Source: Chthoniobacterales bacterium
GTDB taxonomy: Bacteria > Verrucomicrobiota > Verrucomicrobiia > Chthoniobacterales > JACTMZ01
DNA length: 64,000 bases
Reading direction: 5' to 3'
NCBI GenBank assembly: GCA_041736875.1
Contig: JBGSSV010000180.1
Span: 44,851-108,850, forward strand
Positions 26,539 to 35,886 of the stretch are shown here, in pieces. The notes beneath the pieces were generated by a model. It did no database searches. It was not told the origin of the DNA and was given only the letters and a program-made list of their open reading frames with translations. Position 1 is the first letter of the stretch. Every line of letters begins with the position of its first letter. The translations under genes were made by a program, and so were the position numbers.

Positions 26539-27476
26539 TGACAGCCATTCCGGGAGGCGCAACGAGCCCAAGCAATGCAGGGACAGCGCAGCTTCCCACA
26601 TGCACCGCCATCATCCCAACCCTCGGCGACCGGCCTTCTTTGCAAGCGGTGGTCGGATGCCTGCAGCGGCAGACGGTTGCACCTGAGTCAATCATGGTGT
26701 CCGTAGGCACGGACACGCCTCGACCAGTCTGGTTTCCGCCCGAGAACAGAAGATACCTCTGGTTGAGGCCGCCTCAGCGAGGAACCGCCGCCCAGCGGAA
26801 TTTCGCGGCGTTGATGGCCGAGGCGGACATTCTGGCGTTTTTGGATGATGATGTTTCTTTCGCGGACGATCTTTTCGAGATAGTGCTGAGCGTTTTTTCC
26901 GGAGACACAGATCAGCGCATTGGCGCAGTCTCTCCGCGGATGGTCAACAGTGGACACCCCAAGCCGTCGGCACTGCTTCGCACCTATTACCGATGGCAGG
27001 CTGGCTACGATGATGCGACCTACGGTGCGAGGCTTTTCGGATATGGGCTGAACGCCTTCCCATGCTATGAGGTGCAGAAGGAAGCAATGATCTCTGCAGA
27101 TTGGCTGAATTCGCCCTGCTTGTTTGTAAGACGTGGGAACTTTGAAGCCGTCCGGTTTCCCGATTTCCATGGTTACAGCTTTGGCGAAGACGCTTATCTG
27201 ACCGCCATGATGAGAAAAGGCGGCAAGCAGCTCTTTTTCCTGCGTGATGTGCAGTTCGAGCACCATGCTGGTGAGGGCGAATACAAAGCCGACCACTTTC
27301 ATCTCGCCCAGACGAAAATATGCAACCAGGGGCATATTGCGCGCGAGGTGCTAGGCTTGCGCGGCTGGCGGTATTGGAGCCGCAAGGTGGCCCACCAGTG
27401 TTTTGTGACCTTGTCTTTGGTGCGGGATCGAAAGCAGGGGTGGGTGCGTCAGATGGCAGGGGTGTGGAGCGCTTAG
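26538..27476 (+). CDS. Glycosyltransferase family 2
   Basis: CTAIIPTLGDRPSLQAVVGCLQRQT and LAFLDDDVSF. TGATG junction with the previous gene. Confidence 0.75.
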   Translation: MTAIPGGATSPSNAGTAQLPTCTAIIPTLGDRPSLQAVVGCLQRQTVAPESIMVSVGTDTPRPVWFPPENRRYLWLRPPQRGTAAQRNFAALMAEADILAFLDDDVSFADDLFEIVLSVFSGDTDQRIGAVSPRMVNSGHPKPSALLRTYYRWQAGYDDATYGARLFGYGLNAFPCYEVQKEAMISADWLNSPCLFVRRGNFEAVRFPDFHGYSFGEDAYLTAMMRKGGKQLFFLRDVQFEHHAGEGEYKADHFHLAQTKICNQGHIAREVLGLRGWRYWSRKVAHQCFVTLSLVRDRKQGWVRQMAGVWSA

Positions 27477-27551
27477 GGGTCGAAGCGCGTTTCGACAGGT
27501 GCTAATTTGAAAAAGTCGGCATCCAATTGCCCAAGTCTGGTTGATCTCGAA

Positions 27552-28490
27552 ATGACAAAAGTTCAAAATCGCGAAGTAACTAATCCGCTCCGCGTCCGTA
27601 TCGGGATTACGACAAGGAACCGGCCGGAGTATTTGCAGAAGTGTTTGGCTTCGTGTTTGGCGCAGACGTATGAGCCGGTGGAGATCGTGGTGTGGGACAA
27701 CTCGGATGATCCGCAAGCGCTGGAGCTAAATGCGCGTTTGGCGAGCGAGTTTCCCCAAGTGGGATGGGGTCGACCTGAAGCCGAAACTACCCTGATCCAG
27801 TCACGGGTGAAGATGATGGCGGAGTCCGGGTTCGATCTGTTTTGCAGCATCGATGACGATGGGTGGTTCATGGGGACAGACGAGCTCGAGATCGTGGTCA
27901 GGGAGTTTGAATGCGATCCGGAGTGTGCGGGGGTTGCCTTCGATATCCTGTCGCCGGACCGCCCTTCGGCTGTGGCCCGTCACCCGCCGCGCTCTGCGAT
28001 GCACTTTGTTGGTTGCGGGCACATGCTCCGGCGAAGTATGGCTGAGGCTGTTGGTTTCTACTTCGATTTTCCAGGACCGTATGGTTCGGAGGAGAAGGAT
28101 TTATGCATCCGCTTTCTGGACAAGGACTGGTCGGTCAAGTTTCTTCCGGGCGTCCATGTGTGGCACGACAAGACGTCGGCTGGGCGTGATTGGGCGGCCC
28201 AGCATCGCTCAGGCACGCTTAATGACCTCGTCTTCGGTCTTCTGCGGTGCCCGTTGCCGGACTTGCTCTACTATTTGCCTGGCAAGGCGCTGAACCTCGC
28301 GCTCTGGGGGCTCAAGGGAACGAGGGAGGAGCGCTGGGCGGGGCTGCTCGGATTGGCGGATTTTTGCCGGCTTGCGCCCGGCCTTTGGAAGCAACGCCAA
28401 CCTGTGAGCCAGGCTGCGTTCAGGAAGTTTTTCAGGGGAGCGGACAGTTCGCGGCAAAGGCCTCGAGGTTGGAAGGGAGAACCCCATTAA
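27552..28490 (+). CDS. Glycosyltransferase family 2
   Basis: RIGITTRNRPEYLQKCLASCLAQTYEPVEIVVWDNSDD and CSIDDDGWF. An alternative TTG start lies at 27507. Confidence 0.75.
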   Translation: MTKVQNREVTNPLRVRIGITTRNRPEYLQKCLASCLAQTYEPVEIVVWDNSDDPQALELNARLASEFPQVGWGRPEAETTLIQSRVKMMAESGFDLFCSIDDDGWFMGTDELEIVVREFECDPECAGVAFDILSPDRPSAVARHPPRSAMHFVGCGHMLRRSMAEAVGFYFDFPGPYGSEEKDLCIRFLDKDWSVKFLPGVHVWHDKTSAGRDWAAQHRSGTLNDLVFGLLRCPLPDLLYYLPGKALNLALWGLKGTREERWAGLLGLADFCRLAPGLWKQRQPVSQAAFRKFFRGADSSRQRPRGWKGEPH

Positions 28491-28493
28491 ATT

Positions 28494-29147
28494 ATGAAAC
28501 GTCTGACCAAAAGACTCCTGTTCGGGGAGGGCCGGAGGCCGTGTCGGATTCGGTTGGGTTTGTTTCGTGGTTTGCGGCTTTCCGTTGATCCCTCTTGTGA
28601 GACGAGTCTTCTGCTTGGACTCTACGAAGCGGAGACGACAAGCGCGCTGCGTAAAATGGGAGAGCGGGCTCGTGCGGTTATCGATGTGGGGGCCGGATAC
28701 GGGGAATTGACCGCGTGGGCGCTGAAGCAGAGGTCTGTAGAGCGTGTCTGTGCCTTCGATCCCAAAGCGGAGAGGTGGTCCGTGTTTCGCGAGAACATGG
28801 AACTGAACGGATTTGCCCAGGACGCGAGACTTTCTGCGGAGTGTGACTTCTTCCCGGGGCCGAGCTCGGCGTGGGTCTCCAGTCTTCCCGAGCCCGTGCT
28901 GGTGAAGATCGACGTTGATGGGGGGGAGATGAAGCTTCTTCAGGATTTGCGCGGAGTGCTTCAGCGGAAAAAGTTCGATCTTTTGATCGAGACGCATTCT
29001 GAAGAGCTGGATCTTGGTTGTCGCACGTTGCTCGAAGAGTGCGGGTATCAAGTGCGGATCATTCCGCAGGCTTGGTGGCGGCGATGGATTCCCGAGCGCC
29101 GGCCGGTTGGTTTCAATCGCTGGCTTTGTGCGGATCATCTCCGATGA
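28494..29147 (+). CDS. FkbM-family methyltransferase
   Basis: VIDVGAGYGELTAWAL and VKIDVDGGEMKLL. Confidence 0.8.
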   Translation: MKRLTKRLLFGEGRRPCRIRLGLFRGLRLSVDPSCETSLLLGLYEAETTSALRKMGERARAVIDVGAGYGELTAWALKQRSVERVCAFDPKAERWSVFRENMELNGFAQDARLSAECDFFPGPSSAWVSSLPEPVLVKIDVDGGEMKLLQDLRGVLQRKKFDLLIETHSEELDLGCRTLLEECGYQVRIIPQAWWRRWIPERRPVGFNRWLCADHLR

Positions 29148-29202
29148 CTCGAAGTAGGTTGTCTGGCATCCCGATGGACAGGCCCGTTACCGCGTTCTGA
29201 CC

Positions 29203-30477
29203 ATGAATTCTCCGCCAGTGGGCCGAGTTGTTAGGGCGGGGTTGCGCGTGCTGTTGGTTCACCCCGGCACACAGCACGCGCCGCGCCTTGCTCGTCAGTT
29301 AGAAGGGCGTGGAGTCCTTTTCAGATTTTGGACTGGGGTCGCCTCGCCGAAGAGAGTAGGCGATTTGGGACACTCACATTTTGATCCATTCAACAAAGAA
29401 AAGCCGTGGCGGGTTGTTGATATTCCGGAAGATAAGCTACGGACGATTCCATGGGTGGAGATATTGGCGTTGGTGTTAGCGCGGTTTCCGGTGAACAGGG
29501 AGCGGCTTTGGCATTGGCGAAACGGACTCTTTCAAAGACTGGTTCCACAAAGCGAGATTGAGGCGGCTGATGTGGTGATCGGATTCGATACCGCGGCTTG
29601 GAGCGTGGGCCGAAGGGCGAAGCGGGCCGGCAAGAAGTTCGTGCTCGACCAGAGCGTGGCTCATCCGCTTTCCCGTGCTGGTGCAGTGCGCACAACCGGA
29701 GGTGACAAAGATTTGTGGCCTGAGGCTTTTCTGCCCCGTCTGGGAATCGTGCGGGAAGCCGAAATGGAGGAACACCGAATGGCAGATCTTGTTGTGGTGG
29801 CAAGTTCCTTCACAAAGCAAACGCTCGTCGAGAACGGCGTGGCTGAAGGCAAAGTCCGTGTTTTGCCCTACGGGGTTGGAGAGGAGTGGCTTGCTGCTGG
29901 TAGAGGGCGCTTCGCGGCGCCGGCCCCAGGAAATAGGCCTTTCCGGTTTCTTTACGCAGGCTATCTCACCAAGCGGAAGGGGCTGACAACCCTGCTTGAG
30001 GCTTGGGAAGAGATGGGCCTTGCCGATGCCGAACTGCACTTGATTGGCGGTGGTGAGTTGGACCGGGCTTGTCCATCCAATGTCGTGCTGCTCGGGCAGA
30101 CCCCGCGGGAGAAACTGCTCCGGGAAATGTCGGAAACGGACGCCTTCGTGTTTCCCAGCCTGTTCGAGGGCTTCGGCTTGGTCATTCTGGAAGCCATGGC
30201 CACAGGGCTCCCGGTCATCACCACGCCACACACAGCCGGACCCGACTTGATTGAGCCCGGCAAGGAGGGGCTCATTGTCCCGGCGGCCGATGTGCGCGCC
30301 CTCGGCCACGCGATGATGACTCTGCGCGGTGACCCGGAACGTGCGCGCGAGATGGGGCGAGCGGCCCATGCCACAGCGCTGTGCTATACATGGGACCGCT
30401 ACGGCGAAGGCTATGTCGGTTTGCTGGGCGAGCTTTATGCAGAGGGTGGTCCAACGGAGGCGCCGCGGCACTGTTGA
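29203..30477 (+). CDS. Glycosyltransferase family 4
   Basis: FVFPSLFEGFGLVILEAMATGLPVITTPHTAGPDLI. Confidence 0.85.
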   Translation: MNSPPVGRVVRAGLRVLLVHPGTQHAPRLARQLEGRGVLFRFWTGVASPKRVGDLGHSHFDPFNKEKPWRVVDIPEDKLRTIPWVEILALVLARFPVNRERLWHWRNGLFQRLVPQSEIEAADVVIGFDTAAWSVGRRAKRAGKKFVLDQSVAHPLSRAGAVRTTGGDKDLWPEAFLPRLGIVREAEMEEHRMADLVVVASSFTKQTLVENGVAEGKVRVLPYGVGEEWLAAGRGRFAAPAPGNRPFRFLYAGYLTKRKGLTTLLEAWEEMGLADAELHLIGGGELDRACPSNVVLLGQTPREKLLREMSETDAFVFPSLFEGFGLVILEAMATGLPVITTPHTAGPDLIEPGKEGLIVPAADVRALGHAMMTLRGDPERAREMGRAAHATALCYTWDRYGEGYVGLLGELYAEGGPTEAPRHC

Positions 30478-30490
30478 TCTAGCCCAAGAA

Positions 30491-31840
30491 TTGCTCCCCG
30501 TGCTTGTTGTCCTGACCTCCCATCCGATCCAGTATCAGGCTCCCCTTTGGCGGGCGCTTGCCGGGGAATTTGGCCAAGGCCGCGGGCGGAAGGAAGCTCA
30601 GGATAGAAGACGAGAGCGCAGATTCGAGGTTTGGTTTTTGACGGATCAGGGGGTGCGGCGGACGGAGGATAAGGACTTCGGGAAGGCATTTGCCTGGGAT
30701 GTGGATTTGCTCTCGGGGTATCCGCACCGGTTCTTGGCACTGAGAGGGCCGTGGAATTTGCGGACATTCAACGGTCTTCCCCTAGCGCAGCCGGTCGGGC
30801 AATCACTGAGGGAGGCCGGCGCGACGGCGCTGTGGGTGGAAGGCTGGAGGTTCAAGCCGTTCTGGGAGGCGGTGTCTGAAGCGAAAAAGATGGGGATTCC
30901 TATTTTTCTGCGTGGCGAGACTACTGACAAGATCACGGAGAGGGGTGGGTTGTTCGGGCTTGTTCGCAGATTCGCGCTGCACCGGTTGTTTGCGAAGGTG
31001 GACCACTTCCTCGCCATCGGACAGGCGAGCAAGCGGTTCTACCTGAAACACGGGGTGCCCTGGCGGAAGTTGATTGATGCGCCTTATGGGGTGGATAACG
31101 AATTTTTCCGGACTGAGGTTGGGAAACTTTGTGGCAGTTGGCAAGGGGCTCGGGGCGAAATGGGCGCGCATTTTGACAATTTGACCGAGGGGCAGAGGGC
31201 GATTCGGGAGAAGTGGAATATTCCGTTGGATGCGAAGGTGGTGATGTTTTGCGGGAAGTTTGTCCGTAAGAAGAGGCCGATGGATGTCGTGCTCGCTGCG
31301 CGAGCACATTTTGAGAGGGGTAAAGTGGGCGATGCGACAGGCGAAGAGCGGCTGCCGGAGAAGTGGCACCTGCTGTTCGTTGGGAGCGGTGAACTAGGTA
31401 GCGAACTGCGGGCGGTTTGTGACGTGCGGTTCGATGCCGAAGCTCAAAATCACAAAATCCCCAGAACTCAAAATCTTGGTGCCCCTCCGGCTTCCTTTGC
31501 GGGTTTTTTGAACCAGTCGGAGATCGCCAAAGCCTATGCGGCCGCGGACGTGATGGTGTTGCCGAGCGAGGCATGGGAGACGTGGGGCTTGGTTGTCAAT
31601 GAGGCGACCGCGGCTGGCGTGCCTACCGTTGTCAGCGAACAGTGCGGCTGCGCGGAGGACTTCGCCGCAAAGAACCCGTTCACCCGTGTTTTCCCCACGG
31701 GGAATGTTCGGGCGCTCGCGGCGGCCTGCAACGAACTGCTCTCCTTGGCCGTCGAGCGCAGAGAGGTCTCCCTTGCGGCGGACACCTTCGACCCGCAGAT
31801 CACCGCGAAGTCGGTGCGCGCGGTGCTGATGCGTGCGTGA
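30491..31840 (+). CDS. Glycosyltransferase family 4 with short low-complexity insertions
   Basis: LVVLTSHPIQYQAPLWRAL and VLPSEAWETWGLVVNEATAAGVPTVVS. The start is uncertain (TTG 30491 or GTG 30500). ATG 30329 would overlap the previous gene by 149 nt. Confidence 0.75.
   Translation: MLPVLVVLTSHPIQYQAPLWRALAGEFGQGRGRKEAQDRRRERRFEVWFLTDQGVRRTEDKDFGKAFAWDVDLLSGYPHRFLALRGPWNLRTFNGLPLAQPVGQSLREAGATALWVEGWRFKPFWEAVSEAKKMGIPIFLRGETTDKITERGGLFGLVRRFALHRLFAKVDHFLAIGQASKRFYLKHGVPWRKLIDAPYGVDNEFFRTEVGKLCGSWQGARGEMGAHFDNLTEGQRAIREKWNIPLDAKVVMFCGKFVRKKRPMDVVLAARAHFERGKVGDATGEERLPEKWHLLFVGSGELGSELRAVCDVRFDAEAQNHKIPRTQNLGAPPASFAGFLNQSEIAKAYAAADVMVLPSEAWETWGLVVNEATAAGVPTVVSEQCGCAEDFAAKNPFTRVFPTGNVRALAAACNELLSLAVERREVSLAADTFDPQITAKSVRAVLMRA
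31443..31477 (+). repeat. Octamer-type tandem tract, in frame inside a GT4 gene
   Basis: ctcaaaat cacaaaat ccccagaa ctcaaaat ctt. Confidence 0.5.
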
Positions 31841-31913
31841 CGGGCGCTGACCTTGTGCGGGGGAGATTTTACGTTAGTTTCAAACTCGTGATGGACATGG
31901 TCGCTTTCAAAGC

Positions 31914-33656
31914 ATGGAGCTAATCACACTTGAGCGTAGCCAGACGACGAAACTGTTCTGGCTGCTTATTGGCGTCCTCGTTGCGACCTCGATTCTCACG
32001 GCCAAGCAAAGCGACCCGAGCATAACGGCGGCCGGTATCCTGCTCGCACTGGTGGGCCTCCTGCCATTCTATCTCTGGTTGCTGGGCTGGTCGCATGGCT
32101 TGCCCATCTGGCCGGTCTTCGCCTTGGCCACCGGCGTGGGTTACGCGCTGCCCATGATCCAGGCGCCGGAAAATCTCGATGACTATTCCGCGGTGGAGAT
32201 CATCGTCGGGGCGATGACCACCATCGGCTTCATCCTCCTCACCACAACCATCTGGCTATCTATGACGTCGCGTCCGCCCCACGCGCCGGCCCGGGTCTTG
32301 ATGATCGAACAACGCAGCGCCCTACAGTATCTTTTCGGGTTCGTCATTTTGGGCATCTTTTTCGGAGTCGTTCAATACACGGGTTGGATCTCATTTCCCG
32401 GGAACATCATGCCAGTGGTGCGGGGCATCACGATGTCGCTCAATACGATGGGGCTGTTCGTCCTGGCCTTCTACCACGGCCGCGGATTGCTGTCGCATGG
32501 TGCGGCCGCCCTGTTGACGATCTTGGCCATCATGACAATCGGGCTTGGCCTGACTTCGCTCATGCTGGCGCAGGCCATCGTGCCTGCCGCCATGGTGGTG
32601 TTCGGCTACATGCTCGGCAGCAACAAGCTGCCCTGGAGGGTTCTCGCTCTGATCTTTATTGTTGCCGCTCTTCTCCACCCCGGAAAATACCAGATGCGCG
32701 AGAAGTATTGGAGCGGGGAGGGGGGAGCACAGCTAACTCTCTTCTCTCTGCCGGAGTTTTATTCCGAATGGGTGGGCTACGGTCTGACCGAGGTCGGGGG
32801 CTTGGCCGGATTCGTCACGGGGCCGAAGGTGGAGGAAGATGCTCCGACCAGCCTGTTCGAGCGTTCGGGTAACCTGCACATGCTCCTGCTCGTGCAGAAA
32901 AAAAGCCCTGAGAGTGTGCCTTTTTTAGGCGGCGCCACCTACGCACCAATTCCTCGGTTGCTCATCCCCCGGTTCATCGACGATCAGAAGGGCATCAGCC
33001 ATGCGGGTAACGTCATGCTCACCGTGAACTACGGACTGCAGACCTTGGAGCAAACCCAGAACACCTCGATCGGCTGGGGACTGCTCCCGGAAGCCTATGC
33101 GAACTTCGGCTACCTCGGGGTGGCCGCCCTGGCGGTCGTCTTGGCAGTGTTCTATTCCTGGATGACGAGACTGACAGTCGGCGTGCCCATGACCTCGCTG
33201 CGGTTTGTCATCGGCTTGTTGATCATGGCTGCCGCGACGCGGGCGGACACCATGGGGGTCTTTATCACGACACAGTTCCAAGGAGTCATGGGGGTCGGCC
33301 TCGCCGCCCTCTTGCTGATGCGCCGCCATGCCAACCCTTTTGCCATGGCGGCGGAGGGTAGGGAGGAGCCCCGAACGGCAAAGCCTCGCGGCCGACGGCC
33401 CTATGCCGAGGGGGTGACGCTTTTCGAGCAATTCGCCCCGGCCGGTGCTCCGCTTGGCAAGGCCAGTGGGGCGGCCGAGGCCGTTGTGCCGCCTCCGGCG
33501 GGGACGGCAGACTTGGCCGCAAGTCACACCTTCGCACCTAAAGCCCTTCCCCGCTGGGCCACCCACCGGCAGCGCGTCGGTCGTGGCATGAAAAAAACGC
33601 GTCTTGTGCCGCCGACCACAGGGGTGGCGCATGACCGCACCGCGGGGAAACCTTAG
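31914..33656 (+). CDS. Polytopic membrane protein, O-antigen polymerase/ligase-like
   Basis: At least 10 hydrophobic segments, a large loop (residues ~270-370) and a non-hydrophobic tail of about 100 aa. The assignment rests on topology and context only. Confidence 0.45.
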   Translation: MELITLERSQTTKLFWLLIGVLVATSILTAKQSDPSITAAGILLALVGLLPFYLWLLGWSHGLPIWPVFALATGVGYALPMIQAPENLDDYSAVEIIVGAMTTIGFILLTTTIWLSMTSRPPHAPARVLMIEQRSALQYLFGFVILGIFFGVVQYTGWISFPGNIMPVVRGITMSLNTMGLFVLAFYHGRGLLSHGAAALLTILAIMTIGLGLTSLMLAQAIVPAAMVVFGYMLGSNKLPWRVLALIFIVAALLHPGKYQMREKYWSGEGGAQLTLFSLPEFYSEWVGYGLTEVGGLAGFVTGPKVEEDAPTSLFERSGNLHMLLLVQKKSPESVPFLGGATYAPIPRLLIPRFIDDQKGISHAGNVMLTVNYGLQTLEQTQNTSIGWGLLPEAYANFGYLGVAALAVVLAVFYSWMTRLTVGVPMTSLRFVIGLLIMAAATRADTMGVFITTQFQGVMGVGLAALLLMRRHANPFAMAAEGREEPRTAKPRGRRPYAEGVTLFEQFAPAGAPLGKASGAAEAVVPPPAGTADLAASHTFAPKALPRWATHRQRVGRGMKKTRLVPPTTGVAHDRTAGKP

Positions 33657-33696
33657 TCGCCCGGCCCCCCGGGCCCCAAGGTCTGCACGTTCCTCC

Positions 33697-34698
33697 ATGA
33701 GGATCATTCAACATGAGAGGTTCCGCACGGCGGCGCACTTCAGTATCGAGCGCCTCTTCGCCCAGATCCGGTGCCACTTTCCCGCGGGCTATGATGTCGA
33801 CAGCATGCCCTGTCCTTGCCCCAGCCGGGGCATTATTCCACGACTCCGCAACGTGGTTGTGGCACGCCGGAGACGAGCCGACGTTCATCACATCGTTGGT
33901 GATGTGCATTATCTGGCTTTCGGGTTGCCGTCGCGAAAGACGGTGCTGACGATCCACGACTGCGCGGCATTGAGCCGCCTGACGGGTTGGCGGCGTGCGG
34001 TGCTCAAGTTCCTCTGGTTTCGCGGTCCGGTGCAACGTGCCGCGGTCACCACGACGATCTCCCGCGCGACGAAAGCGGAATTACAGCAATGGCTCGGCTC
34101 CCTCGCGGACCGCATCGAAGTGGTGCCGGACTGCGTGCCCGACGAGTTTGTCTTCTGTCCGCAACCCTTCAACGAGGTGTCGCCGGTCTGCCTGCAAGTC
34201 GGAACAAAGTGGAACAAGAATCTGGAGCGGGTGGGCCACGCACTGCGCAACACTTCTTGCCGCCTGGAAATCGTGGGGACGCTGAGCGATACACAGATGC
34301 GCGCTCTGGCGGATGCGGGAGTCGACCATCGCGAGCTTGGGACTTTGACTGATGAAGCCCTGCTGGAGGCTTACCGGCGCTGTGACTTTGTCATGTTTGC
34401 CTCGCTCTATGAAGGGTTTGGGCTGCCGATTCTTGAGGCCCAAGCGACCGGGCGTCCGGTCATCACCTCCAATCGAAGCTCCCTGCCCGAAGCTGCGGGC
34501 GACGGGGCCTTGCTGGTTGATCCGCTGTCAGTCGATTCAATTGCCGATGCGGTCCGCGAGTTGCTTCGACGTCCTGATTTGCGGGGTGACCTGATCGAAC
34601 GCGGACGCCAGAACGTCGCTCGCTTCACGGCCGAGTCGGTCGCCCGCCAATACGCCTCGATTTACGACCGGGTGGCTGGCGCTGCCTCGTCGAGCTAA
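33697..34698 (+). CDS. Glycosyltransferase family 4
   Basis: FVMFASLYEGFGLPILEAQATGRPVITSNRSSLPE. Start at the internal ATG 33697. Confidence 0.8.
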   Translation: MRIIQHERFRTAAHFSIERLFAQIRCHFPAGYDVDSMPCPCPSRGIIPRLRNVVVARRRRADVHHIVGDVHYLAFGLPSRKTVLTIHDCAALSRLTGWRRAVLKFLWFRGPVQRAAVTTTISRATKAELQQWLGSLADRIEVVPDCVPDEFVFCPQPFNEVSPVCLQVGTKWNKNLERVGHALRNTSCRLEIVGTLSDTQMRALADAGVDHRELGTLTDEALLEAYRRCDFVMFASLYEGFGLPILEAQATGRPVITSNRSSLPEAAGDGALLVDPLSVDSIADAVRELLRRPDLRGDLIERGRQNVARFTAESVARQYASIYDRVAGAASSS

Positions 34699-34707
34699 AG
34701 ACTCGCG

Positions 34708-35856
34708 ATGCGCATCCTTCATGTTGTCTCGTCGGTCCAGACATCCGTCGGGGGGCCGGCGTTGTCAGTCACGCGCCTGGCCTCCGAGCAGGCTAAACTT
34801 GGCCACGAAGTCACGCTCGCGAGTCTCCACTACACCCACCTGGGGCACCCGGTGGCAGCTGGCGGAGTTCGAACCGTCTCCTTGGCTGGTGGTCCCCTGG
34901 CGGTTCATGGCCGCGGTTGGAGTCCCGAGTTTCGCCGCTTGCTCGCCGCGGAGGCGCGATGCGCCGACTTGGTTCACAACCACGGCTTGTGGATGTGGCC
35001 GAATGCCTACGCACGCGAAGCCGCCGTGGCGGCCGGACGCCCGCTGGTCATTTCTCCGCGCGGAATGCTGGAGAGATGGTCGCTCAACCGCAGCCGAATC
35101 CGCAAAGCGGTCGCCTGGCAGTTGTTTGAGAAGAAAAATCTGCGTTCGGCGGCGCTGTTTCATGCCACGGCGGAATCCGAAGCAGAGAATCTGCGCGGTG
35201 TTGGCTGCGGGCAGGCCGTCGTCGTGGCCCCAAACGGCGTCGACCTGCCAGACCTCTCGCAACGGCCGGCGCGGACCGTTCTCGAGTCCGCCTTCCCGCT
35301 CCTCCGCGGGAGAAAGTGGATTTCGTTTCTTTCCCGCTTGCACCCCAAGAAAGGGCTTGGCCCCCTTCTGGAATCATGGAGCCGACTGGCCGGCACAACG
35401 GATGCGCTGCTCGTCGTTGCCGGTTCGGACCTTACGGGCTACCGCGGCGAGGTTGAGCGAATGATCCAGGATCTAAATCTTGCCGACAGGACGCTCCTCA
35501 CGGGGGATCTGCGCGGCACGCAGAAGGACTGCCTGCTGGCCAATGCGGAATTCTTCTGTCTGCCCAGCTTTTCCGAAAACTTCGGGATCGCCATCGCGGA
35601 GGCCATGTCGTGGGCTCGGCCGGTCATCACGAGCACCGCCACGCCCTGGGGTGAAGTGGACGAAGCAGGGGCCGGCTGGGTGGTCGCTCCCGAAAGCGGT
35701 GCCATCGAAGCCGCCTTGCGGGACGCGTTGGGGAAAACGCAGGCTGACCTTGAAAAGATGGGGGCGGCCGGCCGCGCCATCGTGGCCACGCGGTATGAGT
35801 GGGCTCCGGCCGTGAGCAAAGTGACCCAAGCCTATGCCGGCCTGTTTCATCCTTGA
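34708..35856 (+). CDS. Glycosyltransferase family 4
   Basis: MRILHVVSS..GGPA and FFCLPSFSENFGIAIAEAMSWARPVITS. Confidence 0.85.
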   Translation: MRILHVVSSVQTSVGGPALSVTRLASEQAKLGHEVTLASLHYTHLGHPVAAGGVRTVSLAGGPLAVHGRGWSPEFRRLLAAEARCADLVHNHGLWMWPNAYAREAAVAAGRPLVISPRGMLERWSLNRSRIRKAVAWQLFEKKNLRSAALFHATAESEAENLRGVGCGQAVVVAPNGVDLPDLSQRPARTVLESAFPLLRGRKWISFLSRLHPKKGLGPLLESWSRLAGTTDALLVVAGSDLTGYRGEVERMIQDLNLADRTLLTGDLRGTQKDCLLANAEFFCLPSFSENFGIAIAEAMSWARPVITSTATPWGEVDEAGAGWVVAPESGAIEAALRDALGKTQADLEKMGAAGRAIVATRYEWAPAVSKVTQAYAGLFHP

Positions 35857-35886
35857 GACAACAAATCACGAAAGACGCAAAGGACG

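Noticed and set aside
30329-30490. ATG 30329 as the start of the GT4 gene, which would overlap the preceding GT4 by 149 nt.
   Set aside because: The overlapped segment translates to Arg/Ala-rich sequence without GT4 similarity. The conserved N-terminus (LVVLTSHPIQY) begins just after the upstream stop, where TTG/GTG starts are available.
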